54,431 nucleotides of DNA, filler included, from Diploschistes diacapsis (GCA_023645945.1; 5 parts of 5 records of this genome joined end to end with filler, not necessarily neighbours in it), one strand, 5' to 3'; counted from the first letter of the whole stretch, positions 12,881-25,032 are shown. Translations and numbers: made by a program. Notes: generated by a model from the sequence alone, not told the origin.

Positions 12881-13780
12881 ATGTCTGGCGCTCAGGCACC
12901 TGCTTCTTTCGATGCCTTTGACACAGGAACATGGAGTAGCCTTCAGCTCCGGCAGAAGATCCTCGAAAAGCACCACATCGCGAACCTGCCCTTGGTGCTT
13001 TACTGGGTAAGGCAGGAGTTGATCCACATCGAAAGGAAAGCTATCGATAGGCAAGATAATGATCCAGATAGCCGATTTTCGATCCTGAAGATTGACTTGA
13101 CCCTTCACCGCCATGCCTTCAACAAGGACTATCTGGCGGCCGTGGACCATTATGTTGGCGAGTACAGCATCTATCGTTTCGAACAGAGACTTGCTCCGCC
13201 GCCCATGGGAGTCACACTAGCAATGTACAGACGAGCTCTGCTGTTTGATAATTTGACGGAGGAAATGGACATAAGCGAGATTAGTCGGGGTAAAGAGAAA
13301 GACAGTGCAGTTCGGTTATCACAATATACAACTAATCATTACACAGTTTACAAACACGATATACCGAAACTGTTCGTCGTCGAGGGCATGCTCTTCCAGA
13401 AATTTATAGACCACTTCCGTAGCGCTAACCGCCTCACTGCTTCGCAAGCTGACGCAGCAACGACAGAGAACTCACAAACTGCTCGATGCGGTAGATACAA
13501 CGCCTTGACTCCCAATGGGCAACTGGAGCAATTGATCTCTTGCTTCAAGTTTGTCACTTTCTATGAAAGGTTGGGGAAGCGCGGAAATTCTGCTAGAATT
13601 GCTATGCGGGTCGCAGACGAGATGATCGAGGCGGTAGTCGCGTTGAAGCTCGCTGGCTGGAGCTTGGCACCTGATGTAGTCCTTGATCAGATCAGAGAAG
13701 ACGGCGAGGACGATGAGGTCGCAGTGGAGAGCATCGAGGATGATCAGATGGAGGCCCTGCGAGGGGAACTCGAGGATTGA
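12881..13780 (+). CDS. Hypothetical protein, 299 aa, intronless, acidic C-terminus
   Basis: Long ATG-initiated ORF with protein-like composition, divergent from RFC3. No family recognised. Confidence 0.65.
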   Translation: MSGAQAPASFDAFDTGTWSSLQLRQKILEKHHIANLPLVLYWVRQELIHIERKAIDRQDNDPDSRFSILKIDLTLHRHAFNKDYLAAVDHYVGEYSIYRFEQRLAPPPMGVTLAMYRRALLFDNLTEEMDISEISRGKEKDSAVRLSQYTTNHYTVYKHDIPKLFVVEGMLFQKFIDHFRSANRLTASQADAATTENSQTARCGRYNALTPNGQLEQLISCFKFVTFYERLGKRGNSARIAMRVADEMIEAVVALKLAGWSLAPDVVLDQIREDGEDDEVAVESIEDDQMEALRGELED

Positions 13781-13962
13781 TGAAGGCTATGATGAAGCAG
13801 ACTAGAAGTGTAGAGATATGGAAGCAGAAGGGGGTCTGGTGCAAAGCGGGAGAGCCAGTGTCGGGCAGTGACGTTGGAAGGATGAAGCGGAGCAGAGGCG
13901 GACCGCAAAAGGTTCTAGAGGCTCGGTAACTCACGTGTGCTCAACATGATACCCAGTGACTG

Positions 13963-14847
13963 TCAATCTAAAAGACTGCAAAGCCTTTCAGTATTCTTAC
14001 TACAAGTTAACCTAGTATTTCTCCCCCTCCTCATCGCGGCATCGCCGTCGTCGTTGTCCCGCTCATACTCCTTACCATCCTCGCCGTCGTCATGATTCGT
14101 GCATCTTCGCTTGTATGATATCTCCTCATACTCGTCCTCCCTGTCCTCGTGATAGTCGCAGCTGCCTTTCAACCTGGCCAGCCATTCTTCGCCATTGTCT
14201 GGTTCCGTCAACCTACTTCTGCTCCTCGACTTGCCCCGCTACAAATTCCTTCCTCTCCTCTTAACCCTCTTCCGCCACTTTGTCCCTGCCCCCTCTTCCT
14301 TGCGTCCTTCTTTGCTCTCATGAGGGTCAACATCTAAGACTACGCCCAACGATAGCGCGGTCAATGACCGCTGCCTTCTCTGTCATCCCCGCCGCTTCTT
14401 TACTGTTTGCGCCTTCTTTCCTTAACGACTTTTTCTTGTAGAGGAGCTCTTGTCGTGATGTGGCCCAACTTTTTCTCTGTTGTTCAGTCTTGAATTCATA
14501 CTGAGCAACCTGCTCTCTCCGCGAGTTTCTCTGATGTGCTTGGTCTGCCTGTTCAGGGCTGATGCGTTTACCATACTTCAGGAACTATATCAAGCCGTGA
14601 ACTGTTCGTCGCTCGGCCTTCCAATAGTTATTCAACGGGTTTAAAAGTTACTGCAGGATTATCGATTGGGTAGATTAAGGGGAAACTGAGCGTACATTTG
14701 CTGAAGCCCATCTCAAGCTTCTATCGTCGTGCTCGTCCCTTCTCACTTGCGTCTTCCTCTACTACTACTTCCAATTCTTCAGCGGAGGCTTCCCTTTTCT
14801 TTCGTGAGTATTGTCAGGCATGGCTGAAGACGATTTGTGAAGGGCAT
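13963..14847 (-). pseudogene. Possible decayed gene for a highly charged (E/K/R/D-rich) protein
   Basis: The minus strand is purine-rich and reads as charged peptide blocks (KREASAEELEVVVEED; EDREDEYEEISYKRR) broken by several stops. No homology recognised. Confidence 0.3.
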
Positions 14848-17800
14848 ATAGGCGTACTTGATACACAATCAGAAAGTTAATGACTATGTCTCTGAAAACG
14901 TGACAAGTAGCGTTTGAATAAAGACTGAGCAAATTGGGAGTCGATGGGAAAACTCTGAAAGGGTGCAGAGCATTCTTATAGCAAACTTAGGACCGGTTAT
15001 GAACGCCAGATAAGTCCATTCTCAAGCCATACTCCATAGGTTTATGCGACCGTGAAGCACTTTTCATAGGCATAGCAGATTAACAAATGCATGTTCGAAG
15101 CGCTCCTTGCACAATCACCCAAGGGAGCCGCCGAACCCGAAATGTAGCGGCATTAAACATAGCATAAGGCCGTAGAGAAAAAGTCTACTATGTATGTGAG
15201 AGGTTCAATGTTGAGCAGTGTAATCTAAACAGCAGCGTTAGGAAGATAGAAAGGCCATGTGATAGAGCCACAGTATGCAGTATTGAAACATGACACCGAC
15301 TATGTATGAATTCAATAGTAGCAACGAACGACTAAAAACCTGCGGTTTCTGTTACGGGCTAGAATTAGGCCATTTGGATCTGACCGCCATTGCGACCTTT
15401 GAAACATGACCGTTTCGGGGCTTGCATAAGATATGGGTGACGAACATATTAACGAGCTCGCAAGAACTTACTGGAAGATATGATATGTTGATGGTGCCTG
15501 AGCAGCTCGTACAGAGACGGTCATAGCTTGCTTCCTTATCAATGGATGCCGCAATAAGCATATGTAGAAGCTGCATAGGATCAGATCTGATAGCCGTAGC
15601 AACCGAAGCCAATTTTCAATGGCGAAATCGCTGTGAGGCCTTCTGAAGCTGGTGCAGGTCCGTAGGTGTAGTGATTGCCCCGAATGCGCTAGTGGCGCTG
15701 CTGCTATTCCTTGGAGGCTCCATTGTTTCAATTCCACAAAGTATGAAAAGCTAGACTTATATCTATAAGGAGCCTCTATCTTCTCTTCTCGAACAAATCA
15801 ACATCCCTCGGCATGTTGGCTGATGCTAGGGATGTCTAGTAGATGCGTTTATGGACCGAGCGCATAGCGATCCGATTGTCCAAAGCCTGCTGTTAAAAAC
15901 CTCTTTATCCTTTTGTTCTTCACTTTTTTGCTTTTCCTTGTCTAGAGTCGGGGCCTGAATAGGTTCGACACATCGCGAGTATCTCATGCGGACTTGCCGT
16001 CCTGCCTGGTTTCTTAGTCTTCATTTCATAGCGCGTCCAAGTACAACAAGGTATCTGAAGTAATATACAACCCATTTTCTTTTACAGCGTTGCGCTCGAC
16101 ATAGCTTGCATCAACGCACAAGTATCCTGTTCTTTCTTGCATTTAGCAAGTCCGGATTCTAAATCCTTGTCACCACAGTGGACCGTGATTACATGGCCAC
16201 TTGAAAGGGGCTGTTTAGGAGTGCTTTTGGCTGGCAAGCGAGTCTGATCAGTACATTGTTCAAGCAGTACAGGGCCTTGCTATAGCCGTTTGATAGAGCA
16301 GAGAGATGAGCTGACGAGGTGAAGTCACAGACCCCGAGCAGGCTAAACTGGCAGACGGCGACGACGAGTAAGCGCCTTAGCAGCCGTTGGAGGGATCTGT
16401 TCTTCAGTATACTACTGCTGACCAGTAGCCTTCCGTTCATGCGGAATAGAGCTGTCTCCTTCAGCAGAAAAGTATGGAGGATAGTACAACACGAGATACA
16501 AGACGGCCGGGCAGGATGGCATGCAGTTGTATGGAGTGCGTCGATCTTCTTCTAGAGCAAGCCGCACTGACTCGCGGGAAGGCCATGGAAGCACAAGCGA
16601 ATGAGAGGAAGGGGAGGTCACATGATCGAAAAAGTTACCAAGATGGCCGAGTTTGGCGTGCATCCCCGGCGCCCCCAAACCCGTTTCTTGGGATTCTCTT
16701 GGATACTACTACTTACTTTATGCCATTTGCCCATTTTGTGCTTCTGCTAGAGAACGAACCAACCAGGGATTATTAGCTGTTATCACTGTGGGTCCAGTCA
16801 TCTCAACTTCTCAAGTCGCACAATCCTACTTTGTACCTTACCTGCTTATGGTGCTCCAGATGAACCTACCCCCCCATCATCCGGCTTGTTCTCGACACCG
16901 ATAATTCCTCCACTGGTCAGGGTTATTTATGCACGTTGAATACGAATCTGAGCAGCCGACCAGAGCCCAAAGGCTGGCTTCCGTAAGGATGGAAAAAATA
17001 TTAATATTTGGGGATAAATAATGGAGGGAAGCCCTGCCTTTTTCTCTTGGCTGGTCAAATGATCGCCGGGCCCGCTCTTTACCGCAATGCTATGTCCGGC
17101 TTACCGAAACCTCGTGTCATGTCATACTGCTATACTAGCGAGAGAAAAGAAGCGAACCTCAGCAAGAAAGATCGCATCTCGCCGTGTCTGGAATTAGATC
17201 CGGATCGTCAGGGAGGAGGAGCAAGCGTGGCATGGGTCCGGATGTTCAGACCTTTTAACCTCATGGAAGACGACAGGCCTTCCGCCATCCCGCCTTTGCA
17301 TGGGTCTGACAACGCGCGGACGTGCGAAGGGGAAACGAAGGCAGCTCGACGGTGGAAATTTTGGTTTGTTTCCCTGCAGAGTCCAGACTCGGTCTCAGCT
17401 ACCCTGTCCCCCTTTTCTATCGTCCCATCTCCGATGACTATTATTATTATTATAATTAGTAGCCTAGTAGGTCATTTGCCTTAGGCTCGTGCCCAAAGCC
17501 TGGGATGCATGGGAAGAAAGCATTCGCTGCTCCTTCCGGCCAATCATCGCATCCGTTGAGCAAAACCTGCTGTGAATGGGCCCCCCTGCGCGCAAAGTAA
17601 CTCGTGAATGTCTCGCAACGACATAGTATCTAGTGGACTTGGCCCGGCTTTAGCCATACTGTACTGGCTCTTGCAAGAAAAACAAAAAAACAATTTCAAA
17701 CCGTTTGTGCCCCTTTACGTTCGTAATCGTCCATGAGGCGCAGGAGCATGGAAAGTTTGGTTAACAGCTAGGAAGTTTCTTCTAGTACTACTCTGCCACA

Positions 17801-17918
17801 GGCTCAAAGCAGGAAATTGAGAAAATTGAGATTAACTTACTATTATTACAACAATTGATGATGGGCCCTCACTTCCCGCGCACTACCGAATTTTGATGGT
17901 AACAAGGAGTCAGTCAAC

Positions 17919-17957
17919 TAGAGAGAGAGAGAAAGAGAGAGAGAGATAGAGAGACAG
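17919..17957. repeat. (GA)n microsatellite upstream of the PIN4-like gene
   Basis: Imperfect AG dinucleotide run seen directly. Confidence 0.85.
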
Positions 17958-18598
17958 AAAAGGCTTGGACTTTTACTGCTTCATTCTCCACAATCCAAAA
18001 ACCTTTTTTGTCCCTTCATGCCCCCTTATACAAAAACGTAATTCGCTCTCATCCCCGAGACCGCTTCTTCCTCCTTGCCAGCCTTTGTTCAACCCTGACA
18101 TCTTCCGGAAAATTATTCGAGAATATGATCAGCGTCTCGCTCCTTGGTAACGGGTTGTAAGCTCTGGCGTCTCTCCAAAGCGCGTCGGTATTTGCTTGTG
18201 ATCTTCGCAAGCTGTGCCTCGTTCGTCCCTCTGACAACTTGCACCCTTTTTTGGTTCAGCAAAACTCGACAGTCTCCACTAATCGAGCTCGTCAAGTCCT
18301 TTCCTTCACCGTGGGGAAGCACAACACATTCTCTACGACGTCTAAACAGTCACGACCCGATAACGAGATACACGACTGGGCCCTCTGCAGCTGAAGGGAG
18401 AGAGATCTTGGTGCATGATATGCAAAGATTGAAGACGTCGAGGATATCTGTTAAATCCGTCCAAGGTTTGGATTTTGTCGACAAGGCTTCTCAGCGTTGC
18501 ATACGGGCTACTTCCTGCTATCTTGCCGAGCTACAACGTCGACCACATTCCTTCATAGCATACTGCAAATTTCCCAATTTCCTCAGCAACGCCCGAAA

Positions 18599-20540
18599 AT
18601 GAACAACAATTACCACCAGGAGATGTTCTACGATCAAACCGGATCTCGATCTCCGGGATCTCAACGACTTCAGCCACAGACCGTACATCGTCAGAGTTCA
18701 CGTCAGTTCGATGTGTACGGCCAAATGCCGAATCCCATATTCAACCCCGATGACCAGCCTCAGCGGTTCGAGACGAACAGATTCGACAGGATGAACGCCG
18801 GCATATCGGCAGGAGGGTTCAGTAACTATGACATGGGTGGGGCGCAGACTTGGAACCCGAATGCTTTTGGGGGCTCACCAGCCTTTGGACCTTTTGGCGC
18901 GAGCCGTACGATGAAGCCTACGAATCGCGGTGGTCGCAGCAACCTACCCCCGGTGAGTCACTGCTTTCTGGATCTGTAAGACGGCACGCTAACCCATCTA
19001 CCTGCAGGCTTGGCTCGAACAGCAAGCTCCGCCCATGCCCAATCTGAGCCAGCTCGGAGGCATCGGTCAATCGGTCATGGGCAGCCAAGCTCTGCGTAAC
19101 GACAGCTACCAGCAAGATCCGGACGAGGAGCTCATCCCAACGGCCATTGTCATCAAAAATATACCCTTTGCCGTCAAGAAGGAACAACTGGTCGAGCTTA
19201 TGACGAGCATGAACCTCCCTCTGCCATATGCTTTCAACTATCATTTTGACAACGGTGTGTTCCGGGGACTTGCTTTTGCAAATTTCACGTCCCCCGAGGA
19301 GACAGCAGCCGTGATCGAGCGCCTCAATCACTTTGAACTGCACGGTAGGAAGCTAAGGGTCGAATACAAAAAGATGTTGCCCATTCAAGAACGCGAGAGA
19401 ATCGAGCGAGAGAAGAGAGAGCGAAGGGGCCAGCTGGAAGAACAACATCGGCCCATAGCGGCTCCGACATTGCAGTCTCAGCATTCGATGTCTTCGCTAT
19501 CGTCGCACGTGCCAGCCACCTCTCCTTCGCCCGTGTCGGCTCGAGCTCCAATAAGTATGTCAAGTCCTTGTGTCCATCCGGGTACAGCTGACAGTCTGCC
19601 AGATGTTGATCTGAATGACCCCGAAAATCTCGGATTCTATACCGAGATTCTCTTGTTCAAGAAAGACACAAATCGCGAGACTCTCATCTTCCCGTCCACC
19701 CTGACCCCTACCCAGAGGCGAACAATCCATACGCTCGCTCACTTGATGCAGCTGGGTCACGTCTCCCAAGGAAATGGCGACCAGCGAGCGGTCCACGTTC
19801 TAAAGACAGGCGCAGCTGCTAATGTAAGCCCCCCGCTGTCACAGGGACCCACTATGCACGGCGACAATCGAAACCGCGTGCTCAATAGGTCGGCAACGAC
19901 CGACTTCGGCGAGGCTCGAGGATCTGATCCGACATCCTACGGCCCATTGCGGGGTCATCAGTCAAGTGGCTTCCTGGGCGTGCCCGACTCGCCTGGCGGG
20001 TTCAACAACCAAGCGAACCTTCGAGCGGCCAAGTCTTTCGCCGACCTGCGGTCCTATACTCCCTCGCCTGCACAGTCTTCCGCGAGCTTTCCGGTAGGCC
20101 TTCAATCGAACATCGCCAGGTTCCAGGATGCCGGTCCAGGAAACGCGACTAATGCTACGCCTGCCCTAACGCCCACTGCATCTGGGACCTTGGGCCAGCA
20201 TTCGAGCGAAAGCTTGCTAGTCAATGGATTAGGCAACATGACCATTGGCACCAGTATCGGTACGGGGGGCAGTCCACGCCGTCTCAGACCCGTGTTCTCT
20301 TGGGACGACAACCAGAACGCCTCGACGGTCCCGATCGGAAGCAACCGCAATCTCAGCATGAACACCTACGAAGACTCTACGAACCGTGAAAGAAACCAGA
20401 TCAATCCGCTGAGACAACCACGTGGCCCTGCCGCCGAGGGCAGACAAAACTTTGCAAGGAGTCGTCAGAATGGGCATCAGACACATGGAAGCGGTGAGCT
20501 GAAGCAGAAGAACTCCAACGTGGAGATGATTGTTGAGTGA
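18599..20540 (+). CDS. PIN4: RNA-binding protein with RRM and R3H domains (Pin4/Cip1-Cip2 family)
   Basis: ELIPTAIVIKNIPFAVKKEQL...PYAFNYHFDNGVFRGLAFANF...GRKLRVEYKKMLP (RRM) and LTPTQRRTIHTLAH (R3H). Introns 18953-19007 and 19555-19602. Confidence 0.92.
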
Positions 20541-21420
20541 AGACAGATTACGAACTTGAAGTGAAATAAGACGGGGGTACTTTTGCAACGGACGGGAACA
20601 ACAGAGTGATCGTAAAGGGAAACACGGTGGCCCATACGAACTGACGACGCTCGACGATGAGACGAGAACACACGACGCGCACGCGAACACCACTAGATCT
20701 ACAAGACGGGGCTACCCTACGAACGATACAAAACGCTGGTTCATCATGTCTGCCATGTGCAAGAAAAAGAGAACTGATTGACAAAATGATGGGGATTGAG
20801 TGATCGACTAAGTAATTGGGAGGGATTTCTTGGAGACTGCCTGTTCGTGACATAATACTAAGCTTTGTTTATTTCTTGATATCTGATTCTTGTCGGTACT
20901 TGCTCGGCCATTTCCGTGGCCTTCTTCCGAGTTATCTGAGCATTTGTGAGGGAAGACTTTGTAGTTGTAGTTATCGCTTTTGCACTGCACGAACGTGTGT
21001 ACGCATGGGGGTGGCTTTGCACATCCGGTAGGGGCGTATACGTGGATTCTTCGATGGATGGTCGTACGGGCTGGATGGCCTTTTTGTTTCCTGGAGCTGC
21101 ATCAAGCTGCTTACAGCACTTTTGACGCTTATAATATTATACCGTTTTACCCGCCGCTATTTGCACGGGTAGTATTCATGAGTACTGCGTCGTCCCCCGC
21201 ATGAAGTGAAGATCCTCCTCCTCTTATTGCATTTACACATACTGCTGCTAAAAAACGGAAGGGGAAGACCCCTTTGTTCGACAACGGGCAGCCTCAGGCC
21301 GAAGAAAAACACAACTCAATATATGTGGATTACACGGCAGTCCCAATCCCAAGCTTCAAGATCCAAGATCCGAGGGCCCGAAGATCACCAACACCAGCCC
21401 AGCCCCAATCAAACAGTCGT

Positions 21421-21457
21421 CAATCAATCAATCAATCAATCAGTCAGTCAGTCAGTC
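21421..21457. repeat. (CAAT)n(CAGT)n compound microsatellite
   Basis: Seen directly. Confidence 0.85.
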
Positions 21458-21611
21458 CATCCGGTTCCGGGAGCACAAGCAGAAAGCACAAAGCACAACG
21501 AGTACAAAGCGCCACCAAAACACACACGGGCGCCGCATACCGGATACCGAAACCGACTACATACCCAATTTTCCTCTCTCCCTGTCCAACGTCGCACAGA
21601 TCTCATCTCGT

Positions 21612-21673
21612 TTCCTTCTTTCTCCTCCTCCTCCTCCTCCTCCTCCTCCTTCTTCTTCTTATTATTATTATTA
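21612..21673. repeat. (TCC)n(TTC)n(TTA)n compound microsatellite
   Basis: Seen directly near the contig end. Confidence 0.85.
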
Positions 21674-21745
21674 CCATCCCATCTCGAATAACGCGGGACC
21701 TTGACCGTTGCGCTAGCCCAGGGGGGACACAAGGGGGGCGAAGAG

Positions 21746-21845
21746 NNNNNNNNNNNNNNNNNNNNNNNNNNNNNNNNNNNNNNNNNNNNTTAATTAATTA
21801 ANNNNNNNNNNNNNNNNNNNNNNNNNNNNNNNNNNNNNNNNNNNN
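21746..21845. other. Artificial contig spacer
   Basis: N44-TTAATTAATTAA-N44. Confidence 0.99.
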
Positions 21846-22660
21846 GGAATGCCCAGTGCTGGGATGATGATGATGGGGAGTTCTTTGGAGGACCTCCTGG
21901 GCCATCCGAGGAGGAGCCTTACCTAGCTTCATCGATCGTTGGACCGAGGTGCTTTTTTTGATATGGCGATTGTTGTTGGGCAATGGGACTCCGAGGAGAA
22001 AGGTGGGGGTGGGTCGATGCTTTTGGCAAAAGGGTTTCTGGCCTAGGGAGGAGTTCTGCTAAGTTGTTTACGGAGGAGCAACGAGGGAGGGCCGTGCAAT
22101 GAGGCTCGTCCTACTGCTCACTGCCTAAGAGTGGATATATTCGAACGGGTGGGATGGTGAACTGCGCACCGTCAGCGGGGTTGCTTTGCATGGATGGCTT
22201 CTTCATAGGGGGCTTGTGTTTAGGAAGGGGAGCCGTCCTTTTGTGCCCGGGAGCACCCTTGCACACAACCAGCTATGGAAAACCAATGCCGGAGGAAGGA
22301 CATAGTCCTATAAAGCTCGCTCCTCTGTCCCGATGGAGCCAAGTAGCAGAGGTGGATTGGCGTGGCCTGTGATCAAACATCAACACCCAGGTATGTGCTG
22401 GTATCATTGACTGTTGACCGATGGAAAAAAAGAAGAGCACGTGTAGGGGCCGAAGCTGTTACGAAACCGTCTCAATTGCTCGCATGCTTGCAAAATCTAA
22501 CAGGACTGCAATCGCTTTTGCCACTCCCTCATCGAGCATCCTCGTGCTTCGCTAGCACGCACTTCCCCCCATGCCGCTGCCCCCGGCTTCCGCCCCGAGT
22601 TCTCCACGTCATCCTGGGCCTCTTATTTGCAAAGTTTCTCTCGGTGGTGGGTGCAAATAC

Positions 22661-25032
22661 TTAGTACGAGTCGACGTCCATAAGCTCTTCCGACAGTTCC
22701 GACGAATCGTCGCTGCTGCTGCTGCTGCTGCTGGCGTCATCCTTGTCGGTGATGGTCTCCTCGTCGAGCTCAGTGTCGGCCGCCTTGCGCTTTGTTCCCG
22801 CCGTGACTGCACCTCGACCGGCTGCACCCTCGTTGGTCGCGCCGCCTTCGTCCGCTCTCGCTCCGCTGGCACGTGTAGCTTCTTTAGCAGCCCTGGGCAT
22901 CGCCTTGATTAGCTTTTCGGCGTATGCTTCTACTTTCCTCGTTGCTCTTGCGGCTCGTTTTGCAGCCGCCGTAGCTTCCACGGCCATCTCTCCAGCAGCC
23001 ACTTTCTGCGCCTCCACGGCATCGATCCTGGCATGTCTCTTCTTCTTTGCCTCCACCCACAGTGTCATTTCGGCCCACTCATTTTCTGCCAGTTCGGCTG
23101 CCTCCTCGGCCGCTTCTTCAATATCAAGCTGCTTATCTATGTAATGCATGTCCCCCAGCACCACGCCACCGTCCGGAAGCTCCAAGTATGACCCCTTTTC
23201 CGCCTCCCGAGCAAACTCCTTGTCCTTCTTGTAGTGCTCCAGCATGTCTTTGGTCTTTTCCAGAACCACCTCCTCCGGCGTCTCGATGCACAACGTGATC
23301 GACTTGCCTTCGCTCAACAACTTGAGTTTCTCCCACTGCGACAGTGGCGGAGTCCTCTCCCTCGCAAGTTTCCTAAATTCGGCTTCCTTCAGCCCCATCT
23401 TGGTCCGCACCACCCACTGCCATGCCATTTCTTCCTCTTCGTCATCCAACATGACCAGAATCTGCCGCAAGCTCCCGTGGCCTGCCATCGCGATCAGCGG
23501 CCCTTCGCGGAACAGCGAAACGTGGGTCAGGTTCCCGATGTAGGATATGGAGAACCTGAGACTTGCCAGCCTGTCGCACACCGCCCTGCGCAAGACGTCG
23601 CTCCCGGTTCCGATCCCGCCCGTGAAGACGAGGGCGTCCACGCAGCCGTCCAGCAGCACGCACCCGCGGCTCGCGTACACGACAATCTCCTCGACGAACT
23701 TTTCGAAGGCAATCTCCGCGTTGGGCGGCGGGCTGGGGCCCACTTGGGGCGCGACGTTGACGTTTTCGCGCGGGGTGAACTCGTGGTAGAAAGAGGAGTT
23801 GGGGTCGAGGCGGTTGCCTTCGCGCCAGCTGTCCTCGACCGTGTCGTGCTCGGGATCTTGGGGGAGAGCGTATTCCGTTTCCATGAGCCCGGGCTCGTTG
23901 GGAAAGGTGTACTGGTCCGGGCCCCATACTGTTGGGTGGTAGAAGCGCGCGCGATGGCACTCGGAAATTATGGAGAAGTTGGGGACGGAGCAGATGGAGG
24001 GCCAGCCCTGTGAGAAGCATTTGGCTTGGGTTGCGGCCTACGGGGACGTTAGTATGTTGGTACGACAGAAGACGGGGCAGAGGTGAAGATGGAGACGCCA
24101 GATGAAGTTGCCAGATCAAAGGGTTGGTGGTGGTAGCGGTGGTGGTGGAGGGAACCTACCCGGCTGAGGCTAAGGGAAAGCTGTCCGACTCCATCGGCGG
24201 CGTTGGTGTCGTCGCAGCTCTCTGTCCTCGGCCAATCATATCTCGGCGTCATCTCCGTCGAAACATCGATACAAACTCCTTTCCTGATGGCGCACCCGGA
24301 GCACGTGTCGCCCAGATGGAACGCCAGGATGTTCAGTTCGTCCTCATCGTTGGTGTGAACCACCGCCACCTGTCGCAGAACAGACCCGTAGTTGATGCCG
24401 TGCACCACGGCCGACGGCCTGTCGACGTTGGCTCGTCTAAGGGCCGGAATGCTCAGATGGAACGACGTGTCGAAGAACAAGATGTTTTTGGCACGTGGCA
24501 ACGCGTTGACGCACGCCTTCACAATCTCCAGCGCGGGCCTGTTCTCCGCCGACAATTTGCCGAGCTCGTCGTAAATGTGCTCAGTCTCCTGCGAGAGGAT
24601 GACAGGACCCGTCCTGTCCCCGCCGCGGATGATCCTGTGGCAGATGTAACCAATGTTTTGGTCGGAGTGTTGGTCTGTAATCTTGGCCTCCTCGCGTATC
24701 TGGACCAACATGGTGTTGAAGATGGCACGGTGGCTTTCCATATCCTGACCGCTGAGCTCGAACACCTTCACTTCGTCGCGGCTTTTACACTCCCAGCGGC
24801 TGTAGCGCGTGAGGAGGTCTTGGGTGTTGAAACTGGCGAGGGTTCTGGGGTGGAGGCCTGGCTCGCAGAGGAAGAGTTTGATCTTGAGTGACGTCCTCGC
24901 CGCGTTGACAGAGACGATGAGTCTTTGATGCTCTTGGGCGAGCATACCAGAAGGACTGAAATCGGGGAGGCGAGGAGGCTCGCATTTGGGTTTCCTCCAC
25001 CGACTGAGCTTTTGCCAAGAGGCAGCAGACAT
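22661..25032 (-). CDS. Divergent acetate kinase-fold (ASKHA) protein, ~749 aa, 2 exons, with internal insertion and long charged C-terminal extension
   Basis: Motifs in acetate kinase order: VSVNAARTSLKIKLF, ICHRIIRGGD, FFDTSFH, HGINY, AFHLGDTCSGCAI, QGWPSICSVPNFSII, DALVFTGGIG, ILVMLDDEEEEMA. A phase-0 intron 24159-24038 (GTAGGT..TACTAAC..TAG) joins ORFs 24049-25032 and 22661-23884 in frame (291+458 codons). Confidence 0.88.

Noticed and set aside
16412..16678. VLYYPPYFSAE resembling the Tc1 transposase LPPYSPDLNPIE motif
   Set aside because: The match is partial, and no other DDE motifs or TIRs are nearby.
22743..24891. Long plus-strand ORFs (133, 259 and 255 aa) and the 225-aa minus alternative frame
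   Set aside because: Shadows of the GC-rich acetate kinase-like gene; no independent motifs.
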